Virus record (IMG/VR): IMGVR_UViG_2799112248_000007
Span: 1 to 64,000 of that record
From: a virus
Lineage: Duplodnaviria; Caudoviricetes
DNA length: 64,000 nt
Reading direction: 5' to 3' (one strand)
The notes beneath the pieces were generated by a model, which was given only the letters and a program-made list of their open reading frames with translations, was not told where the DNA came from and did no database searches. The translations under genes were made by a program, and so were the position numbers. Below are positions 41,857 through 52,577 of the stretch, piece by piece (position 1 is the first letter of the stretch; each line of letters begins with the position of its first letter).

Positions 41857-42611
41857 TGCACCGCATTGAAAATTTAGACTACGATAAGAATTTATTTATT
41901 TTCGGTGAAACAGTAAATACAAAATTTGGTTCTATCAGATTTTTAACCTATCGAGAATATCTTAGTCATGCTGCTGAGATAAATCTTATCGCTCAAAACT
42001 CTCTACACATCTACTACAACTATAGGAATCAACTTAAAGAAGCTATGGCAGATGAATCAAGCTTAAAAGCCTTAATGGAAATCAAGGAAGCAGACCTATT
42101 AGAGATTGTTCTTAGTACACGACAGTTGTTAAATGCTTATTTGAAGATTTTTCAATTAGTGTTTGATGGAAATGAAGAAATACAATACGAAATAATCTTT
42201 GAATCTAGTGAGAGTTTTCACTTTGTCAGAAGATTGATTATGGATATGAATGTAATCACAGAAGACAAGGTTTCTCCTAACGAAGAAATTCAAAGAGCTA
42301 TTGAACGCTCTAGAAGATTTAAACAACAATCCTCACAGGAGCAGACATTTGTTGATATTGTTACTTCTATTGTCGCAAGTACAAGTAACAGTTTTGATGA
42401 TGTATGTAGAATGAACATTTTTCAAGTTTACGCTATTTATGCTCGTGTTGGAGCTATCTATAACTATCAGACATCTACCCTATTTGCCACCGTTGCAGAG
42501 AAGGTAAACATTGAATCTTGGAATAAGCATATTGACTTATTCAAATTAGAAGATGATGTAATATCTAAGAATGAATTTGACAAAAAATTTGGTGGGCTAC
42601 TTCAAATGTAG
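41856..42611 (+). CDS. YomV-like tail-region protein
   Basis: C-terminal YQTSTLFATV..IESWNKHIDLF; synteny. Confidence 0.65.
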   Translation: MHRIENLDYDKNLFIFGETVNTKFGSIRFLTYREYLSHAAEINLIAQNSLHIYYNYRNQLKEAMADESSLKALMEIKEADLLEIVLSTRQLLNAYLKIFQLVFDGNEEIQYEIIFESSESFHFVRRLIMDMNVITEDKVSPNEEIQRAIERSRRFKQQSSQEQTFVDIVTSIVASTSNSFDDVCRMNIFQVYAIYARVGAIYNYQTSTLFATVAEKVNIESWNKHIDLFKLEDDVISKNEFDKKFGGLLQM

Positions 42612-42648
42612 CTCATACACAATATAAATAAATGGAGGAATTTACTCA

Positions 42649-43416
42649 ATGGGTAAAATCGTAATTCAAGACACAGCAGATGTAACAATCACTGACCTAG
42701 AAACAGGTAAAGTGGTACTAAACGCGGAGGCGCAGTTAGCAGGTATCAAAGGCTCTATCTCAGAAGAAGACCTTAAAGGTGGTATCGGTAACAAAAAACT
42801 ATACAAAATTCGTACTGACAAAGCAATTGATTTAGCAATGCGTTCAGCAGTAGCAGATATTGAGTATTGGGCAATGACTCAAGGTGTAGCTGTAGAAGAA
42901 AACGGTAAAGGTCGATTCACAGCAAATACTAAAGGTATTGTTGTTGTAGACAGCGCCACTTCTGCAAACGAAATCGTATTACCTGATGGTGCTATCGTAG
43001 GAACTAAAGCACAAGTTGAACTACCTGATGGTACGCAAGAGACTTTAAATGTTGTTGTTTCTTTAACAGACAAAACTAAGAAAGCTGTTGATTTAGCAGG
43101 AGCTACAGGCACGTTCAAAGCAGGACAAGAGTTACATGTATTCTATCAAGAGGAAGTAGAAGGTCAAAGAATTTCTATTGATTCTACTAAGTTCGCAGGA
43201 AAATACAGAGTAGAAATGAAAACAATTGCTTATGACTTAGATACTGCAAAAGTAAAAGCAGATATTCTATTTGATTTCCCTGAAACAATCCCTAGTGGTG
43301 AGTTTGATATTTCATTAGAGAACGGTAATGTTTACACACCTGAAATCAATTTTGCAGTAATTAACCCTAAGGGTGCAGATGAAATGGGTTCAATCCTGCT
43401 TAAACCACGTAAATAA
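42649..43416 (+). CDS. Major tail tube protein (YomU-like)
   Basis: VIQDTADV, LKGGIGNK, PSGEFDISLENG; strong GGAGG RBS and a following terminator. Confidence 0.75.
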   Translation: MGKIVIQDTADVTITDLETGKVVLNAEAQLAGIKGSISEEDLKGGIGNKKLYKIRTDKAIDLAMRSAVADIEYWAMTQGVAVEENGKGRFTANTKGIVVVDSATSANEIVLPDGAIVGTKAQVELPDGTQETLNVVVSLTDKTKKAVDLAGATGTFKAGQELHVFYQEEVEGQRISIDSTKFAGKYRVEMKTIAYDLDTAKVKADILFDFPETIPSGEFDISLENGNVYTPEINFAVINPKGADEMGSILLKPRK

Positions 43417-43443
43417 GAAATATAATAATATGTCATAAAAACT

Positions 43444-43476
43444 AGGGTGAGAGGTCAACCTCTCCCCTTTTTATTT
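43444..43476 (+). terminator. Terminator after the tail tube gene
   Basis: AGGGTGAGAGG-TCAA-CCTCTCCCCT followed by T-run. Confidence 0.7.
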
Positions 43477-43510
43477 CTAAACTATTAACCGATAAAAAGG
43501 AGATTTTACC

Positions 43511-43993
43511 ATGACAGCAAAAAGACAGTCACCAATTAAATTAAAAGATATTCTAGCAGAATCTAAGAAAGTAGATGTAATGTCAACGTTCGTAGTTGAC
43601 CCTGAGACTAAAAAAACAGTTAAATATAACGAATACTTTGACCGCACTCAAGTTGAGAAGCTAACTCTTGAGCTATTCAACGATATGCAGTATGCAATCG
43701 AAAAAGAATACAGTTTCTTTGAAAGTGAAGAACAACTAATTAAATATGAGCTATTGCTTATTATTAAATACTTCTCTCACTTTAAAAATGAAATCGGTGA
43801 CACGTTCGAGGAAAAGATTATGGCAATGGAAGCATTAATGAAGATTGGTTTATTTGACCTATTCTTTGATGAAATTTTTGACCAAAATCAAGTTGGAGAA
43901 GTAATCGAACGTGTAAACAAGGTTGCTGAAAAAGCTGTATTGGCTCAAGAAGCAATTAATGAAGCATTGGAAACAAAAGGAGATTTTAAATAG
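43511..43993 (+). CDS. Putative tail assembly chaperone (YomO-like)
   Basis: Acidic helical 160 aa between the tube and tape measure genes. Confidence 0.55.
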   Translation: MTAKRQSPIKLKDILAESKKVDVMSTFVVDPETKKTVKYNEYFDRTQVEKLTLELFNDMQYAIEKEYSFFESEEQLIKYELLLIIKYFSHFKNEIGDTFEEKIMAMEALMKIGLFDLFFDEIFDQNQVGEVIERVNKVAEKAVLAQEAINEALETKGDFK

Positions 43994-44007
43994 TTAGGGT
44001 GATGTAA

Positions 44008-44466
44008 TTGCCTACATTCAGTAATATCAAGGATTTAGAAAAATATGTTCAAGGTAAAGTGAAGGACACCATTAAAAGCCCACAAGTTCTAAACGTGTTT
44101 AGACACGCAATGGTAGATTCTGTTTACACAGAAGTCTATGACTATTATGAGCCTAGATATGATGCTGGTGGTCTTTCAGACGCTAGAAATATGGTATTTA
44201 CAAAACATAAGCTTAATGGAAATACCTTCGCTTCTGACTTTGAAAACCTCACTAGTGATACAATGGATGGCTATTTTATTTCAGAGCTAATTGAAAATGG
44301 TAGTGATGTACAGCACACCTCTAGCAATTCTGAGAATGGTTGGTATAACCGTGATGAAAAATGGGCTGAACCTAGACCATTTGCAAAAGCAACAGCAGAA
44401 AAGCTAGATAAAACTACTTATAACAAACACCTTAAAAATGTTTTAGAGCAAGGTATCAACAATTGA
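44008..44466 (+). CDS. YomN/HK97 gp10-like tail protein
   Basis: EVYDYYEP, LIENG, EPRPFAKAT. Confidence 0.6.
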   Translation: MPTFSNIKDLEKYVQGKVKDTIKSPQVLNVFRHAMVDSVYTEVYDYYEPRYDAGGLSDARNMVFTKHKLNGNTFASDFENLTSDTMDGYFISELIENGSDVQHTSSNSENGWYNRDEKWAEPRPFAKATAEKLDKTTYNKHLKNVLEQGINN

Positions 44467-44479
44467 AGGAGGTGAGAAA

Positions 44480-45439
44480 ATGGCAATTAAAATACCTCCT
44501 GTAACTACTGAAGAATGGCTTAAATGTAATGAGTGGAATAAAAAGATTGTTGATAAGTTCTTGAAACAACAACATCTATCAGATAAAACACTTAAACAAT
44601 ATACAAGCGCATTAAAAATTTTTGTGAGATATGTTAAAGATGAATTTGACAACCGCCCTATCCACAAATTAAAAGCAAGACACGCTTTAGATTATCAGAA
44701 TCACTTGATGTCATTAGAGTTATCTTCAAATGCTGTTAAGTTCAAACGTTCAGCAGTAAGTTCACTTTGTAACTACATTGAACTTTACTATGGCGAAGAC
44801 TACCCCGAATTTAGAAATATCTTCAACAAGGCTATTCCCTCCCCTCCTAAACAACTTGTGAGAGAAAAGAAGATTGTAGCGAAAGAAGATATTGACAGGC
44901 TTATTGCAGAGCTTGAAAAAGAAGGTGAGTATCAAATGATTGCTTATTTCTTATTAAGCTACAGCACAGGCGCACGTAGAGCAGAAATAGCTCAGATGAA
45001 AAAAGAGTTCTTTTATATGCCTAAGGTAAAGAACAAAGACTTTTACGCAACACCTCAAGTTCGTGGTAAAGGTAAAGGTAAGGTTGGTAAACCGATCAAA
45101 CTGATGTATAGCGAAGAAGCTAGACAAGCTGTTTTAAAATGGCTTGAATTTCGTGGTGAAGATGATAACCCGTATGTTTTCGTTCGTAAGTTTAAGAATG
45201 GTGAAACAAAAGAACTTAGTCCCGACGCTTTCAATGCGTGGTTTACTAATAAGTTCAATAACATCTTAGGTTATAAACTTACACCTCACGCACTTAGACG
45301 CTCAAGAGCGACACACTTAGTAGTTGAAGAAGGAAAAGACATTAATAAAGCTAAGGTGCTTTTAAATCACATCTCTACTGAAACAACATCTATCTATGTT
45401 ATAAAAGATGTTTCAGATGAACTAGATGATATTTTCTAA
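44480..45439 (+). CDS. Tyrosine recombinase (YomM-like)
   Basis: STGARRAE, GKGK, HALRR, LLNH, TTSIY: full catalytic set. Confidence 0.9.
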   Translation: MAIKIPPVTTEEWLKCNEWNKKIVDKFLKQQHLSDKTLKQYTSALKIFVRYVKDEFDNRPIHKLKARHALDYQNHLMSLELSSNAVKFKRSAVSSLCNYIELYYGEDYPEFRNIFNKAIPSPPKQLVREKKIVAKEDIDRLIAELEKEGEYQMIAYFLLSYSTGARRAEIAQMKKEFFYMPKVKNKDFYATPQVRGKGKGKVGKPIKLMYSEEARQAVLKWLEFRGEDDNPYVFVRKFKNGETKELSPDAFNAWFTNKFNNILGYKLTPHALRRSRATHLVVEEGKDINKAKVLLNHISTETTSIYVIKDVSDELDDIF

Positions 45440-45545
45440 TACTTTGAATTACATCCCTACCCTATTTCGGTTAGGGGTTTACTTGAGGGTTTTAGACTGC
45501 AACAAAATAGTTGCACAACGACGAATAAAGAAGGAGCTAAACATT

Positions 45546-48500
45546 TTGAGTATTACAAATAACGAAGTAAAGTTTTTGGTTTCGTTAGATATTGATAAAG
45601 ATAAATCCAAAAAAAGGATTGATACATTCTTATCTAAAGAAATGAAAGATAAAAAACTAACTTTTGGTGTAAATGTTGGTGCATCTAATAAAAACATCAA
45701 AACATTTTTAGACAAGCATAAAAATAAAAACATTAACCTTAGTTTTGATGTTGCAGTTGGACAAAGTAAAGCAAACATTCAAACTTTCCTAAACAACCAA
45801 AAACAAGCTAAGAAATCTTTGATTTTCTATGTAAATGAACAAGCAACACAAACTACAGTCAAAAGTGCTTTAAAGAAAATTGAGGTGCAACCACTACGGA
45901 TTTCTTTTGGTGTGAATGATCAACAATCTAAAGCTAATATTAACAAATTTATAGAGACTGTTAAAGTAAACCAAAAACCAATTGAGCTTATTCTAGAAAA
46001 AAAGGCTAGTGTCCAAAACATTAATAAAAGCCTAGAACAAATTATTTTCGCTAAGGCAAAAGTAAAACTAGAACTTGCTAAAGGCGCATTTAATCATATT
46101 AAAGACACTGTTGAAACGAAAGAACTACAAGGTCTTAAAACTGTTATGGAGCTTGATATTGAAAAAACGAAGCTACGCATTTCAGAACAGATTAATAAAA
46201 TGTCTTTACCGAAGTTCAAAATTGATGTTGTCGCAAATGTTACACCTGTCGTTAGCTCAAAAGCAGTACAAGCTACTGTTAAAGAAGCCCCTTCTAATGT
46301 AAAAGAAATACCGTCACCTCCTACTGACTTTAATGGAACTATTGGAGCACTTAAAGAACTCCGCTCTATTCTTGTAGATATAAATACTAAAGTGACTGAC
46401 TTGAAAAAAAATATGTCTGAGGATACCAGTTTGGGAAAACAACTCTCAGACGACGGAGCTAAAATTTTAGAGATTCGCGAAGCAATTACTTCAACAAAAG
46501 AAGCATACGCAAATTTTAAAGGTGCAAACAACGAAGCAACAGAAGCATCGAACAAAGGATCTAAAGCTGCTAATTTATTATCTTTGGCTTTTGGTAGTCT
46601 TGGTGCTGCTGGTATGATAGCAGGCGCTGCTATTCAGTTTTTTACTGCTAGGTCTGAGGAAGCTAAAAAAGCTAAGGAAGAACTTATCGCTAAAAATGAG
46701 CAAGAGGTAAAGTCATTTGCAGACAATGAAAGAGCTATTGATAGCTTATTATCTAAATATAGTACACTTTCAGCAGAAAGCAAAGGACAACAACTAGATT
46801 CTCAAAAGTATAAAGAATTACTTGATACTCAAAATGAACTAGGTAAACTACTTCCTAACTTAGTTAAAGGCGAAGATGAATATGGTAATAAAATTCTAGT
46901 TTCTTCTATGCAAGCAGAAACTAAAGTTGACATTCTAAAACAAGAGCTTGAGGTTCAAAAACTACTTAATGCTGAAAAGGCAAAAGAAGAACAAGAAAAA
47001 TCAGAGGACACAGCTAGAGACACTATTAGTGACGCTGAAAAAGATAAGAAAGATAGTCTTAAAAGCGCTTATAATTTTGTTTACCAAATTGAGAGCGTAA
47101 GTAATAGATACGCAGAACTAAAAGGTAAGCTTACTAAAGGCATTAACATTGAGGGAGAAACACTCAGTTGGAGTGGAAAATCTCTTAAGAGTATCGAAGA
47201 TGTTTCTTTAGCACTTGAAAAAATAGATGAAACCTTAAGCAAGAAAAAGGAATACAACTTAACTGAGGGTTCTATTCGTGACTTAGAAAACTCTAAAGAA
47301 GGATTACAACAAATCTATCGTGAACTTCTACAAGCTCAAAAAGATGTTATGTCAGGTTTAAATGTATTAAAAACAGGATATACAAAAGACCTAGAAGATA
47401 CCGTTAAATTGACGGGTGACTTCTCTAAAGAAGGTCAAGAAGTATTTGAAGATGTTGCTAACAGTGTTATCAACTTAGCTGAAACTGAGTCTGATTTAGA
47501 TGATTTCAACGAAGCTATTACTATGGCGTTAGGTAAAAAAGACGCTGATATTGAGAAAAACTTTACTGAATTAGCAGATACTATTTCTGAAATGAGAAAA
47601 AGTGGTATTACTGATGCTGAAGAACTTGAGAAAAAGTATGGTGATTCATTTGCTAAAATCAAGAAAAGTATTCTAGATGCTCTTGTTAAATCAGGTATAA
47701 AAGAAGGTACTGCTCTTTATGAATCATATGAAAAAACTCTTGATACATTCATAGAATCTAAACTTAACGAAGAAAAAGCAATTAAAGAAATCATGGAAAC
47801 TCAAGGTAAAGGGCGCAAAGAAGCTGAGGAATATTTCAAAACTCATAACGAAGGCGCAGAAGGTCTTGCCGATGCTATAGACCCTATGGTGGCGTACGCA
47901 CAGAAAATCAAAAGTTTCAGCTCTCTAGGAGAGGAAATGCTTGGTGTCACTGATAAGCTTATAACAGAAACGAATGACCTTATTGATGTCTATGAGTATC
48001 TCTCAAGTATTACTAACAAAACAACAGAAGAAACTAGTAAACTAGAAGAAGTCAAGGGTAAGCTTAACGCTCTATACCCCCACCTAGTTAAAAATGGTGA
48101 GATTCGTATTGAGAATATCAAAAAAGAAAACGAAGCAAACAAAATACTTCGAAAATCATTTGAAAACATGGCTGATGAAAAATACAAATCAGAAAACTCA
48201 GCGACTTATAACTCTTCTCTCGGTACAAAAGCTCGTATTGAAAACCTACAAAAAGAATTACAAGCTTTAGATACTGTTATGGAAGAGTATAGAAAAGCAA
48301 ACCTTGATACTGTTGAAAAAGTCGTGGACAAAGTAAATAGTGGCGAATTGTCTCCACAATTTGGTTTGCCAATGATTAATGAAATAAATGAGTACAATAG
48401 TAAAGTGGGCAAACTTGATGAATTAATGGGCGAACTTAATGATAGTGTAAATACCCTAAGTTCTGCTAATGCTGATTATGAAAAATCTAATGAAAAAGCA

Positions 48501-51500
48501 AGTAAATCTACAAGCAAAAATGCCAAAGAGACATCTGAGCTAGATAAAATCACTAAAAAGTATGCCCTAACACTTGATAAGATTAATACAGCTATGAAAG
48601 AAGTTGAAAGTAGAAAAAAGAAATATCCTACTTACTCTAAGCAATATAGACAAGCTCTTGCAGATGAAAACAAATTAATTCAACAGCAAATTAATTTAAA
48701 TAATCAAAAAATAAAAGACCTATCAAATGTTAAAAATGTACCAACAGATAATAGCGTAACTTACACTACAATGGGAAGTGTGCAACCTAAAGGTTGGTCA
48801 GGTAAGATTACCTCTAATTGGGCTACACGAGCAGATAATCACAAAGGTATCGACATTGATGGTAACAAAGGTGACTTATTACAATCTAACATTTCAGGTA
48901 AAGTAGTTGGAAAAGGTAAAGATGGTGTTTCAGGTAACTATATTTATGTTATGGACGCTAATGGTCTTAAACACTTCTACGCTCACTTAGATAGTATCGC
49001 TGTTGCAATTGGTGATGTTGTACAAGTTGGTTCAAAACTTGGAACGATAGGAAACACAGGTACAGTTTATAGTGGTAGTGGTGGTGATGGTTCTCACCTT
49101 CACTATGGATTAAAACAAGGTAACACTTGGATTGACCCAACTAACTACGCTAATCAAGCTCGTAGTGGTGTGCAAACTACTTCTCAAGCTACTAAAGCGT
49201 CAGGAAACTCAACACAAGCTACAGTTTGGAACTACTTCAAGTCTAAAGGTCTTTCTGATGTTGCGGTTGCAGGTATCATGGGCAACATGCAACAAGAATC
49301 AGGCTTTAGTCCAAATGCAGGCAAAAACGCTGAAAATCATGCTTATGGTTTAGCACAATGGAGAGGTAGTCGTAGAGTAGGACTCAACTCTTACGCACAA
49401 AGCGTTGGTAAAAGCGCTAGTGATTTACAAACTCAGCTAGACTACATGTGGAAAGAACTTAACAGTACTCAAAGTAGCTCTTTAAAAGTCCTTCAACAAC
49501 AAGGTCTTACTGTTTCAGATATGACGAAGCAATTCGAAAACGCATATGAACGTAGTGGAAACTCAGCTATCGCTAAACGTCAAGGCTACGCAAACAACAT
49601 CTACAGCGCTTATGCAGGCTCAGGAGCTACAGCAAGCTCAGGTGGCGGTTCTACTAATGATGATTATGCTAAATCACAGTCTGAAATAGAAGCTCTTAGA
49701 CAAGCTAATGTGGCTCTTGCAGACCAAGCTCAAGAAAACTATTACAATCAGATTATAGGTCAATTAGATGAATACAAACGTAATAGAGACATTGAGGATT
49801 TAGGTATTGCTAAACAAGCAGAACTTCAAAAAAATATGCTTGTATACAATAAAGCATATGAAGACAGTGTTAACAAACAGTATACTGCCGAGCAACGTAA
49901 GTTAAAAAGCTATCAACAAGAATACGCATATATTCAAAAAATGTATGACGCAGGTGGACTAACTCTAAAACAACAAGATGAATTGATTGATAGAAGATAT
50001 GAGTTACAACAGCAAATGTTGGAATCACAAAATCAAATCAAAGCGTACTATAACGAAGTTATCAGTGGTAAATTAGCAGGCTTCGATTATAAGCAAGACA
50101 AGTTTGCTAAAACTCTTGAGTGGGAGGAAGTTAAAATTCAATCACTTGATAGAACAAGTGAGCGATATAGAAAAACTCTTGAAATCATGGCAAACACTCG
50201 TCAAGGTCAAATTAAAACATCTAAAGCAGAACTTGATTATATCAACAAAGTGCTAAGTAAAGGCAATCTTACAATTGAAATGTATCAGGAGCTTACACAA
50301 CGAGCAGATGAACTTAAAAAAGGTCTTGTTGAACTTAATGAAGCTTTACACCAAACAAACTATGAAATGGTTCAAGCTGTTATTATTGCTTCTAATACTA
50401 GGATAGATGATATTGATTTTGAACTCAACTACAATCAGGCACTAAGAGGATTATATGAAGAAGGCTCAGGAGATTACTTGAAAACTCTTGAAGATGATAT
50501 GGAACTTCTTCAAAAGAAACTTATAGAGATTAAGGAACAAGAGTTCAATACTAAGGATAAAATGAAAGGCATGGACTTAGGCACAAAAGAACTTGAAGAC
50601 CTTGAAGAACAACTTGAAGCTAATGCTTTAGCATACCTCGAAGTTCAGAAGGCTGTTAAAGACACTCAGGAAGCCATTGATAACTTTACACAATCAATTG
50701 ATGATAAAGTCAAGGAAATGCGTGAAAAGCTTGCAAATGATATTATAGATGCCTTAAAAGATGCTATCAATGAAGCTAAAGATATTCAAATGGACGCTCT
50801 TGACAAACTTATTGAAGCTGAGGAAAAGCGTCACGAAAAAGTGATGAAACAGTATGACAAAGAGCTTGAAGCTTACACTAAAATCATTGATGCTAAACGC
50901 AGAGAGATTGCTGATTCTGATAGAGATAGAACTCATGGCAATAAATTAGAAGAACTAAACACTCAAAAGCAAGAGTTGCAAAATAAATTAAACCTTCTTT
51001 CTAATGTGAATACTTATGAAGGTATCAAAGAGAAAGAAGAACTTCAAAAACAAATTGCAGAGATTGAAAAACAAATTAATGAAGAAAAATATCAATATGA
51101 GAAAGACCTTCGTGAGCAACAGCTTGATGATTTACTTGACGAAAAAACAGAACATATTGATGACCTAAAGGAGAAAGAGGATGAATATTCTAAGGATGTT
51201 CTAGAATCTCTTAATAAGCAAAAAAAATATTGGGAAAAATATTATGCTGACCTTTTAAACGATGAAAAATATTTCGCTAAAATGAGAGAAGACATCTTAG
51301 CAGGAAACTTCGCTGAGGTTGAAGCTAAATTTGCAGAGCATATTAAGCTATTAACAGATAGCCTACCTGACCTTCAGGACACATTTGATGGAACAATGAA
51401 AGCTGTTGGAGCTACTATACGTCAAAATGTTATTGATAAAATGAAAGAACTTTCAAAAGAAATTGAAAAAGTTGAAAAAGAAGTTAGAAAAGTAGAAGCA

Positions 51501-52577
51501 CTTAAAAAAAAGGTAACAGGCGACTACGGTAAATCTGACGCTAACCAAACAGTTGAAAATGCAGGCAAAAAAGAAGCTCTAAGCGAAGCTGATTTGAAGG
51601 TTATTTTAGCTAAGTTTATGAACGAGGAAATTGCAGGTAAACTAAATCCTCAAACAGATGCAGTTAGAATTAAAAACATTAAAGATAAAGCTAATAAACT
51701 CGCAAGCGAAGGTAGAAAAGAAGACTCTAAAATAAACGCCAACCAATCATTAGGTTCTCTCTTTGACTCAATGTCAAAAGAACAGTTATCTCAAGTTGGT
51801 GGATACTTCGATAAAAACGCTAGTAATAGTGGTTTCTCTACACAAGAGTATTTAGATTACATCAAAGAGTTTGGTCAAACAGCAGAAAAAGGGAAAGTTA
51901 TGACTCATGGTGATAAGCAAGTAATGCTTGCAAAATACATGAAAGAGTATCTAATGCCTCGAGCTAACACTAAAGCCAAAAAAGATGCCATTAATGGAAC
52001 AGCAACAAAAATTGCTGATTCAGGAAGGAAGCATACTTCTCTTATCTCCCCTAACGTTTCCTATGACCAATCACTTAGTAAGTTATCAGGTAAGCAACAG
52101 GCAGAGCTTGGGCAATTCATGTTGGACAACACAAGTGCTGTTAACTTTACTGAGCTTAAAGATATGTTAATAAGTTATGCTAGTAATCTTAGATTAAATC
52201 AATCTAATGACTTTATTGGCTCTCCTGCTAGTATGGATGTAGGTGGTATGACTAAAGGCTTTGGCTCTACTGGTGGCTCAGATGGTAAAGGTGGTAGATT
52301 AGCTCTACTTCACCAAAATGAGATTGTGAGCAACCCTCTTGATACAGAACGCATGTTACGCATTTCTTCTATCATGGACAATATAATGCGAACTATCAAC
52401 GGTGCAATTGCCCTCCCTACTCAACCAAAGGTAAGCACAGTTAGTACACCAACATCAACAGATAACTCAACTGTTGTTCATGTCAATATTGATAAGTTCA
52501 ATGGAACTAAGAGCGATATTGATAAATTGGGTGACCAAATCAAAAACAGACTATTAAGAGAGAAAGGAAAACGATAA
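45546..52577 (+). CDS. Tape measure protein with M23 peptidase and phage lysozyme-like domains (CwlP/YomI-like)
   Basis: Long coiled coils; HKGIDI..YAHL..HLHY; VWNYFKSKGLSDVAVAGIMGNMQQES; start moved to TTG 45546 behind AAGGAG. Confidence 0.9.
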   Translation: MSITNNEVKFLVSLDIDKDKSKKRIDTFLSKEMKDKKLTFGVNVGASNKNIKTFLDKHKNKNINLSFDVAVGQSKANIQTFLNNQKQAKKSLIFYVNEQATQTTVKSALKKIEVQPLRISFGVNDQQSKANINKFIETVKVNQKPIELILEKKASVQNINKSLEQIIFAKAKVKLELAKGAFNHIKDTVETKELQGLKTVMELDIEKTKLRISEQINKMSLPKFKIDVVANVTPVVSSKAVQATVKEAPSNVKEIPSPPTDFNGTIGALKELRSILVDINTKVTDLKKNMSEDTSLGKQLSDDGAKILEIREAITSTKEAYANFKGANNEATEASNKGSKAANLLSLAFGSLGAAGMIAGAAIQFFTARSEEAKKAKEELIAKNEQEVKSFADNERAIDSLLSKYSTLSAESKGQQLDSQKYKELLDTQNELGKLLPNLVKGEDEYGNKILVSSMQAETKVDILKQELEVQKLLNAEKAKEEQEKSEDTARDTISDAEKDKKDSLKSAYNFVYQIESVSNRYAELKGKLTKGINIEGETLSWSGKSLKSIEDVSLALEKIDETLSKKKEYNLTEGSIRDLENSKEGLQQIYRELLQAQKDVMSGLNVLKTGYTKDLEDTVKLTGDFSKEGQEVFEDVANSVINLAETESDLDDFNEAITMALGKKDADIEKNFTELADTISEMRKSGITDAEELEKKYGDSFAKIKKSILDALVKSGIKEGTALYESYEKTLDTFIESKLNEEKAIKEIMETQGKGRKEAEEYFKTHNEGAEGLADAIDPMVAYAQKIKSFSSLGEEMLGVTDKLITETNDLIDVYEYLSSITNKTTEETSKLEEVKGKLNALYPHLVKNGEIRIENIKKENEANKILRKSFENMADEKYKSENSATYNSSLGTKARIENLQKELQALDTVMEEYRKANLDTVEKVVDKVNSGELSPQFGLPMINEINEYNSKVGKLDELMGELNDSVNTLSSANADYEKSNEKASKSTSKNAKETSELDKITKKYALTLDKINTAMKEVESRKKKYPTYSKQYRQALADENKLIQQQINLNNQKIKDLSNVKNVPTDNSVTYTTMGSVQPKGWSGKITSNWATRADNHKGIDIDGNKGDLLQSNISGKVVGKGKDGVSGNYIYVMDANGLKHFYAHLDSIAVAIGDVVQVGSKLGTIGNTGTVYSGSGGDGSHLHYGLKQGNTWIDPTNYANQARSGVQTTSQATKASGNSTQATVWNYFKSKGLSDVAVAGIMGNMQQESGFSPNAGKNAENHAYGLAQWRGSRRVGLNSYAQSVGKSASDLQTQLDYMWKELNSTQSSSLKVLQQQGLTVSDMTKQFENAYERSGNSAIAKRQGYANNIYSAYAGSGATASSGGGSTNDDYAKSQSEIEALRQANVALADQAQENYYNQIIGQLDEYKRNRDIEDLGIAKQAELQKNMLVYNKAYEDSVNKQYTAEQRKLKSYQQEYAYIQKMYDAGGLTLKQQDELIDRRYELQQQMLESQNQIKAYYNEVISGKLAGFDYKQDKFAKTLEWEEVKIQSLDRTSERYRKTLEIMANTRQGQIKTSKAELDYINKVLSKGNLTIEMYQELTQRADELKKGLVELNEALHQTNYEMVQAVIIASNTRIDDIDFELNYNQALRGLYEEGSGDYLKTLEDDMELLQKKLIEIKEQEFNTKDKMKGMDLGTKELEDLEEQLEANALAYLEVQKAVKDTQEAIDNFTQSIDDKVKEMREKLANDIIDALKDAINEAKDIQMDALDKLIEAEEKRHEKVMKQYDKELEAYTKIIDAKRREIADSDRDRTHGNKLEELNTQKQELQNKLNLLSNVNTYEGIKEKEELQKQIAEIEKQINEEKYQYEKDLREQQLDDLLDEKTEHIDDLKEKEDEYSKDVLESLNKQKKYWEKYYADLLNDEKYFAKMREDILAGNFAEVEAKFAEHIKLLTDSLPDLQDTFDGTMKAVGATIRQNVIDKMKELSKEIEKVEKEVRKVEALKKKVTGDYGKSDANQTVENAGKKEALSEADLKVILAKFMNEEIAGKLNPQTDAVRIKNIKDKANKLASEGRKEDSKINANQSLGSLFDSMSKEQLSQVGGYFDKNASNSGFSTQEYLDYIKEFGQTAEKGKVMTHGDKQVMLAKYMKEYLMPRANTKAKKDAINGTATKIADSGRKHTSLISPNVSYDQSLSKLSGKQQAELGQFMLDNTSAVNFTELKDMLISYASNLRLNQSNDFIGSPASMDVGGMTKGFGSTGGSDGKGGRLALLHQNEIVSNPLDTERMLRISSIMDNIMRTINGAIALPTQPKVSTVSTPTSTDNSTVVHVNIDKFNGTKSDIDKLGDQIKNRLLREKGKR

